This document shows positions 37,025-46,479 of a stretch of 64,000 nucleotides of DNA, in pieces (within the stretch, counting starts at the first letter, position 1; each line of letters opens with the position of its first letter). Source of the stretch: Candidatus Binataceae bacterium (GTDB lineage Bacteria; Desulfobacterota; Binatia; Binatales; Binataceae); NCBI GenBank assembly GCA_963789715.1, contig CAWBLQ010000003.1, forward strand, positions 523,916 to 587,915, in the 5' to 3' direction. The position numbers and the translations under genes are program-made. The notes beneath the pieces were generated by a model. The model saw only the letters and a program-made list of their open reading frames with translations, was not told where the DNA came from and did not search any database.

Positions 37025-37291
37025 ATGAAAACCAAGAAGGATGAACGACAGGAGCGGCTCGATTCGCAGGGCCAGCTGACCCGCATCGAGGATATGCCGA
37101 AGCTGTCGCCGCGCGACGCGGCTTTTTTCCGCAAGCTTGGCCAGTATATTGACAGTTGCCGCGTGCTCGGCAAGGACGATGGGTTGCTTGATCCGGATAC
37201 CGCCGATATGCTGCGCGAGTCCGGCGTGCTTGTGCTCGACGAAGAGATCGCGCCGCGGCCGCCGGTAGCAGTCCATCGGAGGAAGAAGTAG
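37025..37291 (+). CDS. Small hypothetical protein (88 aa, charged)
   Basis: Protein-like composition (MKTKKDERQERLDSQGQLTRIEDMPKLSPRDAAFFRKLGQYIDS...). Competes with a minus-strand ORF at 36839-37339. Weak call. Confidence 0.25.
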   Translation: MKTKKDERQERLDSQGQLTRIEDMPKLSPRDAAFFRKLGQYIDSCRVLGKDDGLLDPDTADMLRESGVLVLDEEIAPRPPVAVHRRKK

Positions 37292-37816
37292 GGCAGGCGA
37301 GATGAACTCGTGCCCGGCCAGTTCATCTTTAATCCTCAATGTCGAGCCTAGTTAAAACCCGATCCGCTTGTGTGGGCTAACTGCTACTCGCTCAGCTCGT
37401 CGAGCAGCGCCTTGGCGTCTTTTCAGGTCGGGGTGCCTTCGATGAACCAGTTGTGGATTTACGTGAGCATCGCGCCGCGGTTCGTCGGATTGCCCCTGTT
37501 TCGCCGGCATCCGTGCGAGGTTGGTGCTAGCACGTTGGACTCTGAACTCAAACTGTGTGCTTGCAAACCGCCTGGTGCCGCGTCCGGCGCCACAGTTGCG
37601 CAATAGCATCGCGGGTCAGCTTAGAAGCTTCGCGCATCGCGGGAAAGGCGACCCGCCGCTTGAGGGCGACGACCGGCACCTGTCGCTTTTCTATCAGCTG
37701 GAAAGTGCGAGATGATAGGCGGAGTACCAAGTCGGTCTCGTGGGAACCGGTTTGGACTTGCGGAAGAAAATGGATATACGCTACTTGCTTAGTAATCGCG
37801 GAGTTAAGGTCGGCAA

Positions 37817-40800
37817 TTGCGACGTTGGATGCGTTTCAAGTCGTTCGCGCGGTTCATAGCCATCCTGAGCTTGTTGCTCTCGTTTGTGTTGGCCGCGTCT
37901 ACGCGTCCCGCGCTGTCGCAGTCGAACGACGATTCGTCAGCTCATAACAAGACGGCCGTAAGTAAACTTTCTGTCTCGCCCAAAACGCTGACCTACAACG
38001 TCAATATCGACAAGGGTCAATTCAGCGAGACCCAGCATTTCACTATCAAGAACAACGGGACGCTGCCGTTGCTCGTAACCGTCGGCGCGCCCAGCGACGC
38101 TGAAAATTACGTGATTATATTCCCGTCCGCGATTTCACCCGTGGGCGGAACGCTCACGATTCCGGGTTCGAAAAGCCAGCAGGTGGAGGTTGAGTTCATC
38201 CCCCACGGACCCGGCAAGAACGTAGACGGGACTATCGCCGTCGGCAGTAACGCTACGAGCGGGCCAAACTCGGCGACCGTCAATTTGCACGGGAACGCCA
38301 CGCAGAAGAAGCCGACCCCGACTGCAACGGCGACGGCAACTGCGACCGCGACGACAACCGCAACCGCGACGCCTGCTACAGCGACTTCGACTGCCACAGC
38401 GACGGCCACTGCGACGGCGACAGCCACCGCGACGGTTACTCAGACGGCGACCGCAACGGCGACCGCGACGACAACCGCAACCGCGACGACAACCGCTACA
38501 GCGACTTCGACTGCCACAGCGACGGCCACTGCGACGGCGACAGCCACCGCGACGGCTACTCAGACGGCGACCGCAACCGCCACAGCAACATCGACTGCCA
38601 CGGCGACATCGACAGCCACGGCGACATCGACAGCCACGGCGACCACGACTGCCACGGCGACCGCGACGACAACCGCAACCGCGACGCCGACTGCTACAGC
38701 GACTTCGACTGCCACAGCGACAGCCACCGCGACGGCTACTCAGACGGCGACCGCAACCGCCACAGCAACATCGACTGCCACGGCGACATCGACAGCCACG
38801 GCGACCACGACTGCCACGGCGACCGCGACGACAACCGCAACCGCGACGCCGACTGCCACAGCGACGGCCACTGCGACGGCGACAGCCACCGCGACGGCTA
38901 CTCAGACGGCGACCGCAACCGCCACAGCAACATCGACTGCCACGGCGACATCGACAGCCACGGCGACATCGACAGCCACGGCGACCACGACTGCCACGGC
39001 GACATCGACAGCCACGGCGACCGCGACTGCCACGGCGACCGCGACTGCCACGGCGACCGCGACAGCCACCGCGACCGCAACCGCGACGCCTACTCCAACC
39101 CTCACTCCGACGCCGACGGCCACCGGCAGCCCTACGAACTTTCTTTCGGGGACGGTGCAAAGCGGGCCCGGCACAGGCATCCCGGTCTCGGGCGCAGCGG
39201 TGACGATCTATGAGGCAGGAACAGCTTACGGCGCCGGTGCCGGAGCTCTGGCAAGCACAACCACCAATTCCAGTGGCAACTTTACGATAGGCTTCGATCC
39301 GCCGGCTACACCCACGGTCCTCTACCTCGTCGCGCTCGGCGGGAATGCCGGGTCCGGGAGCAACACGGCGATCGGGCTGATCGGCGTAGCGGGAAAGTCC
39401 AACGCCATTCCCGCGTCGGTCACGATCAACGAGCTGACGACGGTGGCAGCCGAGTGGGGGCTGGCGCAGTTCACCGACTCGACGGGCCAGTTTATCGGTG
39501 CGCCCTCGAGCAACGCCACCGGCATTCGCAATGCGGCCGCGCAGGCGCAGGCAAATCTGGCTGACATCGTGAGCGGCGGGCCGGCGAGCTTCTGGAGTAG
39601 CGAGGGCGCGACTGCGGCAAGCTGCATTGGCAGTACAGGGCCGATCAACTGCGACGGCCTGGACCGGCTCGACACGATCGCCAACATCCTGGCCGCGTGC
39701 GTGGAGAGTTCGGGAGCGTCGTCGAACGCATGCAGCACGCTGCTGAGCAACACGGGCGGCAGCACCACGCTCGCGGCGGCGCACGTAATGGCGACCAAGC
39801 CGGTCGCGCATGTAGCTACGCTGTTCGGCCTTCTAAGCGGTTCTCCGTTCACCCCCGTTCTGGGCCTTCAGCCCGACGGCTGGGAGATCGTGCTCAATTT
39901 CGCACCGAGCGGCGCCAGCTTCAATTCTCCCTTCGGCGTGGCAATCGACGCCGGCGGCAACGCCTGGGTGGCGAACCTTGCCGGCAATAGCGTGACCGAG
40001 TTGACCTCCAGCGGCGCCTTGGTGGGTAACTTCCTCGGAGGCGCCAACTTCAACTCTCCGGTAGTTGTGGCAATCGACGCCTTGGGCGACGCTTGGGTGG
40101 CGAACGAAGGCGGTACCAGCGTCACCGAGTTGACCTCCAGCGGCGCTCTGGCCGGTAACTTCAACAACTCGATCAGCGAGCCGTCCAGCGTGGCAATCGA
40201 TTCCGCCGGCGACGTCTGGGTGCCGAACCTTGGCAGCAATAGCGTGACTGAGTTGACCTCCGGCGGCGGGTTGGCCGGTAACTTCACCAACTCGATCAGC
40301 GGAGCCAACTTCGACGGCCCGCAAGGCGTAGCAATCGACGCTGCCGGCGACGTCTGGGTGCCGAACTTTGACGGCAACAGCGTGACCGAGTTGACCTCCG
40401 GCGGTGCCCTGGCCGGTAACTTCGCTCCCAAAGGCGCCAACTTCGACCGCCCGGACGGCGTGGCAATCGACGCCGCCGGCAATGCCTGGGTGACGAATCT
40501 TAGCAACAGCGTGACCGAGTTGACCTCCAGCGGCGCCTTGGCCGGTAATTTCAACAACTCGATCAAAGGTGCCAACTTCGACGGCCCGTACGGCGTGGCA
40601 ATCGATTCCGCCGGCAACGCCTGGGTGCCGAACTTTCAAGGCAATAGCGTGACCGAGTTGACCTCCAGCGGCGCCCTGGCCGGCAACTTCGCTGCCGACG
40701 ACGCCGTCTCTACCAGCGCCACCTTCGACGGCCCGCAAGGCTTGGCAATCGACGCCGCGGGCGACGTCTGGGTAACGAACGGAGACGGCGCCGGCAGTGT

Positions 40801-40891
40801 GGCCGAGATCGTAGGCGCGGCGCGCCCGGTCCTGACGCCGCTGATGGCCTGCCTCAACCAAAAGCCGCCGCACGCAGTCTGTCTGCCGTAG
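37817..40891 (+). CDS. Secreted NHL-repeat beta-propeller protein, paralog C (island-borne, about 260-aa Thr/Ala/Ser/Pro linker)
   Basis: Signal peptide MRRWMRFKSFARFIAILSLLLSFVLAASTRPALSQS. Ig-like domain, (TA)n linker from about residue 175 to 435, Cys-rich domain, about 11 NHL-like repeats. Tail is ..EIVGAARPVLTPLMACLNQKPPHAVCLP. Confidence 0.8.
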   Translation: MRRWMRFKSFARFIAILSLLLSFVLAASTRPALSQSNDDSSAHNKTAVSKLSVSPKTLTYNVNIDKGQFSETQHFTIKNNGTLPLLVTVGAPSDAENYVIIFPSAISPVGGTLTIPGSKSQQVEVEFIPHGPGKNVDGTIAVGSNATSGPNSATVNLHGNATQKKPTPTATATATATATTTATATPATATSTATATATATATATATVTQTATATATATTTATATTTATATSTATATATATATATATATQTATATATATSTATATSTATATSTATATTTATATATTTATATPTATATSTATATATATATQTATATATATSTATATSTATATTTATATATTTATATPTATATATATATATATATQTATATATATSTATATSTATATSTATATTTATATSTATATATATATATATATATATATATATPTPTLTPTPTATGSPTNFLSGTVQSGPGTGIPVSGAAVTIYEAGTAYGAGAGALASTTTNSSGNFTIGFDPPATPTVLYLVALGGNAGSGSNTAIGLIGVAGKSNAIPASVTINELTTVAAEWGLAQFTDSTGQFIGAPSSNATGIRNAAAQAQANLADIVSGGPASFWSSEGATAASCIGSTGPINCDGLDRLDTIANILAACVESSGASSNACSTLLSNTGGSTTLAAAHVMATKPVAHVATLFGLLSGSPFTPVLGLQPDGWEIVLNFAPSGASFNSPFGVAIDAGGNAWVANLAGNSVTELTSSGALVGNFLGGANFNSPVVVAIDALGDAWVANEGGTSVTELTSSGALAGNFNNSISEPSSVAIDSAGDVWVPNLGSNSVTELTSGGGLAGNFTNSISGANFDGPQGVAIDAAGDVWVPNFDGNSVTELTSGGALAGNFAPKGANFDRPDGVAIDAAGNAWVTNLSNSVTELTSSGALAGNFNNSIKGANFDGPYGVAIDSAGNAWVPNFQGNSVTELTSSGALAGNFAADDAVSTSATFDGPQGLAIDAAGDVWVTNGDGAGSVAEIVGAARPVLTPLMACLNQKPPHAVCLP
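38320..39115 (+). repeat. About 800-bp coding tandem-repeat array (6-nt ACx-GCx units nested inside higher-order ~160-190-nt units) encoding the Thr/Ala linker of paralog C
   Basis: Blocks such as ..gcgacggctactcagacggcgaccgcaaccgccacagcaacatcgactgccacggcgacatcgacagccacggcg.. recur at least three times. The protein shows ..ATATQTATATATATSTATATSTATATSTATATTTATAT.. repeated. Confidence 0.8.
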
Positions 40892-41310
40892 ATCGCCGCC
40901 TCGGGGATCATGCCGCGAAGCCCTGCGTCGCCACCTCAACCGCACCGGATTACACATCCTGTGTACCGCGCAAAGCGCCCGATTTCGTTACGAAACCACC
41001 CCTCTGTGCCTGTTTTGTGTCTCTTCATTTAAAGGGTACAAGGACGGCGCGAGCCTGATGGGGTTTTATGTGCCCACAGGCCGCGCCACCCCGCCCAAGG
41101 CGCTAACACCCCCGCACCCGGCCGAATGCGCGGCGCGGCGCGACGCGCGCGAGTCTCGGCCGGTTTGCGGGCTCGAACTCTGCATTTGCAGAGACTCGCT
41201 GTCGGTGCTAGTCCGATTTAGGATTGAAAAAGGAAATTCCGGTTCAAAGAACTGCGCTAATCTGCCATCGGTGGGCAGGCTAGCCACCTCGCCTCGCCAC
41301 GGGGGACGCT

Positions 41311-42630
41311 ATGGACTACTTTGCTAAGGGCCTGTTCCGTCTCGCGTTGTTCGCATTTTCCATCCTGTTCTGTCTGGGAAGTCACGTCCGAACTGCGGAT
41401 GCTGCGAGTTGTACAGTTCCTCCTGGTACAGTCGTTACTCAAACCGACATTCTCGGAAACTCTTGTTCCGCAACTCAAACAACCGCGAGTACGGCTACGG
41501 CAAGCGCGGGTGGCCTTGACAATACAGCGACGTCAACCGCGACTACCGACAGCACTGCTACCTCCGAAGCGGCTGGCTCGGATAATAACGCTGCGTCAAC
41601 CGCGACTACCGACAGCACTGCTACGGCAAACGCGACTGGCACCGGAAACGCGGCGACGTCGGCCGCGACTACCGACAGCACTGCTACGTCCACCGCGTCT
41701 GGCGGGGGCAATACGGCGACGTCGACCGCGACTACTGATGGCTCGGCCACTTCGTCAGCCACCGGTATTGACAGCACGGCAACCGCCACGGCCACCGACA
41801 GCACCGCTATCGCTACCGCCGCCGACGCAGGCACCGCAACGTCGACCGATAGCACCCCAGGTACGACTGTCTGTACATTTGCCGGCGACGCCTCATCGAC
41901 CGCAACCGGCAGCGACGTGAACGCCCCCAGTTGCGTAGGCGATGACGCTGTAGTCGTTAGTCCCGCGGGCATCTGCGGCCCGGTTGCTACAAGCCCCTGC
42001 GCCTCGTTTTTGCCCCCGGCAAGCGGGGCCGGCATCGAGCTGCAGGATTATTTCAGCAACGCCAACACTACCGGAGGCCAGGGCTTCGTCAATATCACTT
42101 CTCCCTTCGAGGGCAATCAAACGGCCACCAACCCCGTGGTTCAAGAGGGTGAGATGTGCGCGATGATTTACGTGTTGAACACCGACCAGGCTGTGGAGGC
42201 CTGCTGCGGATGTCCGATCACCGCCGACGGTCTGCTGACCCTGAGCATCAGCGGCAATTTGGCGCCGAACCCGGTGGCTTCAGGCAGGATTCTCCATGAC
42301 GGCTCGATCCGTATCCTCTCGACCGCTATCAATTCCGCTATCACCGGGCTGACGCTGCCCAGGGGCGTGAATTGCGACGCGGTCACCGGCGCGTGCTGCG
42401 ATCCTACCGCGGAGGGCGGCGCCAAACCGCTGGTTCCCCAGCTTGAGCTGGCCGCATGGGCAAACCACGTGCAAAATACCCAGATCACCGAAGCGGTGTT
42501 CCAGACCACTCCCACTCCCGAGGCCGCCGGCGACCTCACTAGTTTGCCGTCCGCGTGCGCTTTCGCCGTAGAGACGGGCAGCGGCCAGGGAGTGTGTACC
42601 TGCGGCACCGGCGGATTCGGCATCGAGTAA
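41311..42630 (+). CDS. Secreted protein with a 13-aa periodic Ser/Thr/Ala repeat region and a Cys-rich C-terminal domain (island cargo)
   Basis: Signal peptide MDYFAKGLFRLALFAFSILFCLGSHVRTADA. At least 8 repeats of ~(N/G)xA(A/T)STATTDSTATS. The C-terminal ~200 aa contain CTFAGD, CVGDD, CGP..SPC, EACCGCP, CDAVTGACCDP, CAFA, CTCGTGG (about 16 Cys). Confidence 0.65.
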   Translation: MDYFAKGLFRLALFAFSILFCLGSHVRTADAASCTVPPGTVVTQTDILGNSCSATQTTASTATASAGGLDNTATSTATTDSTATSEAAGSDNNAASTATTDSTATANATGTGNAATSAATTDSTATSTASGGGNTATSTATTDGSATSSATGIDSTATATATDSTAIATAADAGTATSTDSTPGTTVCTFAGDASSTATGSDVNAPSCVGDDAVVVSPAGICGPVATSPCASFLPPASGAGIELQDYFSNANTTGGQGFVNITSPFEGNQTATNPVVQEGEMCAMIYVLNTDQAVEACCGCPITADGLLTLSISGNLAPNPVASGRILHDGSIRILSTAINSAITGLTLPRGVNCDAVTGACCDPTAEGGAKPLVPQLELAAWANHVQNTQITEAVFQTTPTPEAAGDLTSLPSACAFAVETGSGQGVCTCGTGGFGIE

Positions 42631-42788
42631 CCGGCATCAAGTGCGTCATCCAGAGTAGATGGCGCTCTGTCGGCGGCGGCGATTGCCGTATGCTGGTCCA
42701 AAGTAGCAATCGCAATTAGTAGGACCGCAGATAGGGTTCCCCAGCGGGCCGCCTCCTCGCGCTTGCTACCGAGCACCCAAGAGCGCAA

Positions 42789-43607
42789 CTAGTTGCGCTC
42801 TCGGACCTCGTTAAACGCCGCGATCATAGCTTTGCGGTAGCCCATGAGCTTTGCCGCGTCGCTCTTCTCCTGCCGCACCTCGCGGTTGAAGGCCTTGATG
42901 TTGAGCACGCTGTCCATCGCATCGCGCACCAGTTTTTGCAAATTCTCGGGCGCCAGCGCCTCTACCTCATAGACCGTCTGGTCTGGGCCATGGATCTTTT
43001 TGAAGCGCTTGGCCTTTGTGTCATCTTTGCCGGGTTTAGTAAAAGATTTTGGCAGACGCAGGGAGCGAATCTGCTCCTGCGTAATCGCGACCTTGATTGG
43101 CACCAACCTCTCTGACCCGATCTCGAAGTCATCGCGCATCGAGCGCGCAAAACTCTCTGCAATATCCTCGCCGCTAGGATCGAAGTCGCTTACGATCAGC
43201 AGGACCAATTTTTCCTTGCCGCTTTCGATAAAACGCTGATGCATCTTGTACCTGGGTGGCAGCGATGAGTAGCCGCGGCCTGACCTCATCGGCACACAAA
43301 AATCCGCGGCCACCTGCTTGAGGATCTTCCAAACAAACTCCGGACGTGTGTCGTCGGCGATCGCATCCATCGGGATGATCCCTTGAATCCTAGCCGTGGT
43401 GGCGACCTTTGAAAGTTCCCGATAACTTTGGATCTTGTTGGCGTATCGTGTGGCGGGTCTCGATGCATGCCTGAGCGGTGGATCGTTCAGCAGGTTGTAG
43501 TGAATCTGCCGTAGCGAGACCGGCCAGTAATCGTTGAGAACCCCGTCTAGTATCTTGATGATGGCGTCCAACAGGGGCCGCTTGGCGTCGGTGATCCGGG
43601 CGCCCAT
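42789..43607 (-). CDS. Hypothetical island protein with a possible Toprim-like DxDxxG motif
   Basis: ..KLVLLIVSDFDPSGEDIAESF.. is a hydrophobic strand followed by D-x-D-x-x-G, as in Toprim domains. No other catalytic motif recognised. Weak call. Confidence 0.35.
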   Translation of the reverse strand: MGARITDAKRPLLDAIIKILDGVLNDYWPVSLRQIHYNLLNDPPLRHASRPATRYANKIQSYRELSKVATTARIQGIIPMDAIADDTRPEFVWKILKQVAADFCVPMRSGRGYSSLPPRYKMHQRFIESGKEKLVLLIVSDFDPSGEDIAESFARSMRDDFEIGSERLVPIKVAITQEQIRSLRLPKSFTKPGKDDTKAKRFKKIHGPDQTVYEVEALAPENLQKLVRDAMDSVLNIKAFNREVRQEKSDAAKLMGYRKAMIAAFNEVRERN

Positions 43608-44158
43608 GGAAGGTTATTACAGACTAGACTAAGTTTTAGTGCGCCACGTACGCGGATTAGGTGACCGATTTTGGCGTAAGCAGTGGTGAGCCTGGGGACC
43701 AGGCCGTGGGCCCGCTAGGTTGTTGTCGCGACGACCGGGCCCCCCGATCCGCTGACGAATCGTGTTCCCCGCGGCGTTAGTAAAGCGCGCCGATTGCGCG
43801 GCGATTCGAAAGGTTGCCGGCCACGAGTGTTCGATTCCGTTTCAGCGCTTCGGCGCGCGACCTGAAGCGGCGAACCGGCGGCGGCCTGATCGCTTGACGG
43901 TCCGCTGATTCGCGGACAAGCGGTTTGCTCGATGGAGCGGGCCCGAACGTGACTTGAAAAATCAGGTCATGTGCGGGTCCGTTTTTTTATTTTCTGGAAC
44001 GACGGAGGTGGCTTCGATGGCGATGAACGCGATGAAGGAATCCGGGCCGGCCGATTTAGCGACGCTTGTTTAGCGAACGGGCGGCGGCGCGGATTTTGTG
44101 TGACTACTCAGGTAGGCAAATTGTCGTCGAGCATACACAGATTGTCGAGGAGCATTAA

Positions 44159-44926
44159 ATGAAAGATCAAAAGAATCAGCAATCAGCGATCGAAACCCGC
44201 AAACCGGATAACCTGCTCGCCACCACGGCGCACGCGATCGATGCGGCCCGCGATAGCGGCGACGCGAACAGCAACGACGCGCTCCAGCCTTGCGAAGAAA
44301 ACCTCGCCGCCGACCGGCCTCTCGCTGCTGCGACGCGCGAGGCACTTAGTCGCCTGGATCGAATCAGGCTGACCGGCGAGGGACGCGACCGGCTACTCCA
44401 CTTCGTCGCCCGCAATCACCGCGAGGCGCGCGGCTGCGACGCCGCCGAGCAGCGAATCGCCAGCGATCTCTTCGATCAGAACGTCGCGAAGGTTTGCCAG
44501 GCTCTCAAAGTCTTTAGCGTGGCGATCGTGCCCAGTCGCGAAGACGAGGCGATGACCGCGCTGCGGAAGTTCATGACCGACGCCCTCTCGCTGCTGGAGG
44601 CCGCCGACTTCGAAGGGCTTGGGCGAAAACTGACTGCCTTCAGTTATCGTCGGTATGCGCTCTCGCAGCCTGTCCCGCCGCCGTCGCCGGAGGCCGAGGC
44701 GCGCCGGACCCACGCCGCCGGGTGGAATGGACTTGAGCAAGAGGCTCTGGCGGCGCAGCTGAAGGTCGGCGAGACGCTCGCCAGCTTCGATGCCTGGCGG
44801 GCAATCACTAGCACCGGGCGGATCATCGACCGCCAGGAGCTGCGCGAAAAGTACCGGCCCGACTCCTGGACGCGGATCGACGACTGGCCGGCGCAGTTTC
44901 CGCCGATTCCAGACGAGCCGAAATAA
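44159..44926 (+). CDS. Hypothetical protein (island cargo)
   Basis: ORF with protein-like composition and an AT-rich RBS region (gaggagcattaaATG). No motif recognised. Confidence 0.45.
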   Translation: MKDQKNQQSAIETRKPDNLLATTAHAIDAARDSGDANSNDALQPCEENLAADRPLAAATREALSRLDRIRLTGEGRDRLLHFVARNHREARGCDAAEQRIASDLFDQNVAKVCQALKVFSVAIVPSREDEAMTALRKFMTDALSLLEAADFEGLGRKLTAFSYRRYALSQPVPPPSPEAEARRTHAAGWNGLEQEALAAQLKVGETLASFDAWRAITSTGRIIDRQELREKYRPDSWTRIDDWPAQFPPIPDEPK

Positions 44927-45306
44927 TGGACCAACTCGCACTCAACGTGATCTTGATTCAGATTTTCGCAAAAGAAGGAGAGACAAACATGAACCAGTCT
45001 GATGAACAGATCCGCAGAGCGTTCGGCCTCCGCCGCGACGATTTTCGTCGCGCTAGGATCGCACGGATGCAGCAGGAAAGCGGCGGCGATGCTGCCACCT
45101 GCGAGCAGCAGCTGGAGACAATAGTTGGCGATCTGTCTGCTGCGTTGCGCGATCTGAGGCGAGACAACGACCTCAACGTGCTCGCCGGGTCGCTCGAGCA
45201 GGCATCCGACAACCTCGACCGGCTGCTCGCGCAGGCGAGCGCCGACAACGGTAGCGAGGATCACGAGGCGACGATGGTCGCGCGCCACATGCGCATGCCT
45301 CGTTAG
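44926..45306 (+). CDS. Hypothetical protein (island cargo)
   Basis: Start overlaps the previous stop (ATGA), which suggests an operon with the preceding gene. RBS-like aaggagag lies upstream of an internal Met. No motif recognised. Confidence 0.4.
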   Translation: MDQLALNVILIQIFAKEGETNMNQSDEQIRRAFGLRRDDFRRARIARMQQESGGDAATCEQQLETIVGDLSAALRDLRRDNDLNVLAGSLEQASDNLDRLLAQASADNGSEDHEATMVARHMRMPR

Positions 45307-45318
45307 TACGGAGAAGAT

Positions 45319-46384
45319 ATGGCCTTCCACCAGCAGCTCCCTGAGGCGCCCACGCCTGAAAGGATCGGGCAGGCAGGAATCGGCAAGCCGGTGACCGCAG
45401 CGATTCGCCGCATTACGCTCGACGACTTGATCGAGCTGGTGTCTACCGACTACGTAGACAATCAATTCGACACGCTCGCGCGCCAAGAGGACGCCTTCAC
45501 CCATTTGCGGGAATTCTTCGGCGGCGATTGCCTCGCGGACGATATCGCCCCGAGAATTCCGGACTATAAAGTTTGGCGCCGGCAGCAGCCCGACCGCCGA
45601 TCGTTAAAACGCAAAGACGGACACCCGTACAAACTTCCACCGCGAATCGGCTACCGTCGCGACCGTCAACCGGGAACTAGCGTCGCTGCGGCATGCGTTC
45701 GTCTTGGCGACTCACCAAACCCCGCCGATGGCTGTTGCGGTGCCGTATATCAAGTTGAGCAAGGAGCGGAATCGGCGGACTGGATTTTTCGAGTGGGATC
45801 AGTTCGTCAAGGTCCGAAAACATCTACCCGACTACTTAAAGCCCGTCATGACGGTCGCGTTCTATACGGGTTGGCGCGCCCCGTCGGAAATTTGCACACT
45901 GCAGTCGAAGCACATTATCGACGGAATGCTGGTGCTTGAAGCCGGTGAAAGCAAAAACGAGCAGCCCCGAAAGTTTCCGCTCGACATAATTCCCGAATTG
46001 CGCGAGACCATCGAGGCACAACTCGCGGCGACGCGGAAGATCGAGGTTGAGAGCGGGCGCGTGATTCCGTGGCTGTTCCCCGGCCGTTACGGCAATCAGA
46101 TAGTCGATTATCAGCCCGCGTGGCGTGCGGCGTGTAAGGCGGCCGGGTGCGCTGGTCGAATCCCGCACGATTTCCGGAGAACCGCTGCCCGCAACTTGAT
46201 CAACGCCGGAGTCGATCCATTGACCACGATGCAGCTGGTCGGTTGGGAAGATATCGGCATGCTCAAGCGCTACGCGATCATCGATGATGAAACCCTAAAA
46301 CGAGGCGTCGCGAAACTCGCCCCGCATGTGGCTGAACAAAGGGCAGTGCGCGCGGCAAAAAAAGTGGTCGCCATCGGTGGATAA
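45319..46384 (+). pseudogene. Tyrosine-type phage integrase, interrupted by a frameshift near 45550-45700
   Basis: Frame 1 (45319-45939) encodes the N-terminal SAM-like or arm-binding domain (..ITLDDLIELVSTDYVDN..FTHLREFFGGDCLADDI..). Frame 2 (open from about 45600 to 46384) encodes ..NRELASLRHAF.. and the catalytic domain with R...HDFRRT...GWEDIGMLKRY (R-H-R-Y). The frames overlap but do not join. Confidence 0.6.
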
Positions 46385-46479
46385 GCGCCAACCCAAACAA
46401 AAAGGGGCACGGTCGGGGCACGGTTTCGGCCTTTTGCCGGCGTGCCCCGAAAAATTATCCGCATGTTGTCGACAGTTTT

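Noticed and set aside
36839-37339. 166-aa minus-strand ORF at the island's left edge
   Set aside because: Its composition is Arg/Pro/Ala-rich and antisense-like. The overlapping plus-strand 88-aa ORF looks more protein-like, and neither is well supported.
38320-39115. Possible CRISPR array, given the regular short repeats
   Set aside because: The units are 6-nt codon repeats inside an intact ORF with no spacer-like unique sequences, no cas genes and no leader. It is a coding microsatellite and not CRISPR.
38135-39811. 558-aa Arg/Cys/Gly-rich minus-strand ORF, and 3295-4263 / 11314-12843 / 28143-29423 / 30523-31566 / 39833-40957 similar
   Set aside because: These are antisense or off-frame readings of Thr/Ala repeat or NHL-repeat coding DNA. 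The RRGCRCRRG and GAAGGQLGHA periodicity just mirrors the sense-strand repeats.
43780-43860. tRNA-like GTTCGATTC T-loop sequence in the island intergenic region
   Set aside because: The flanking 5-mers are not complementary (GAGTG vs CCGTT), so there is no T-stem and no acceptor pairing.
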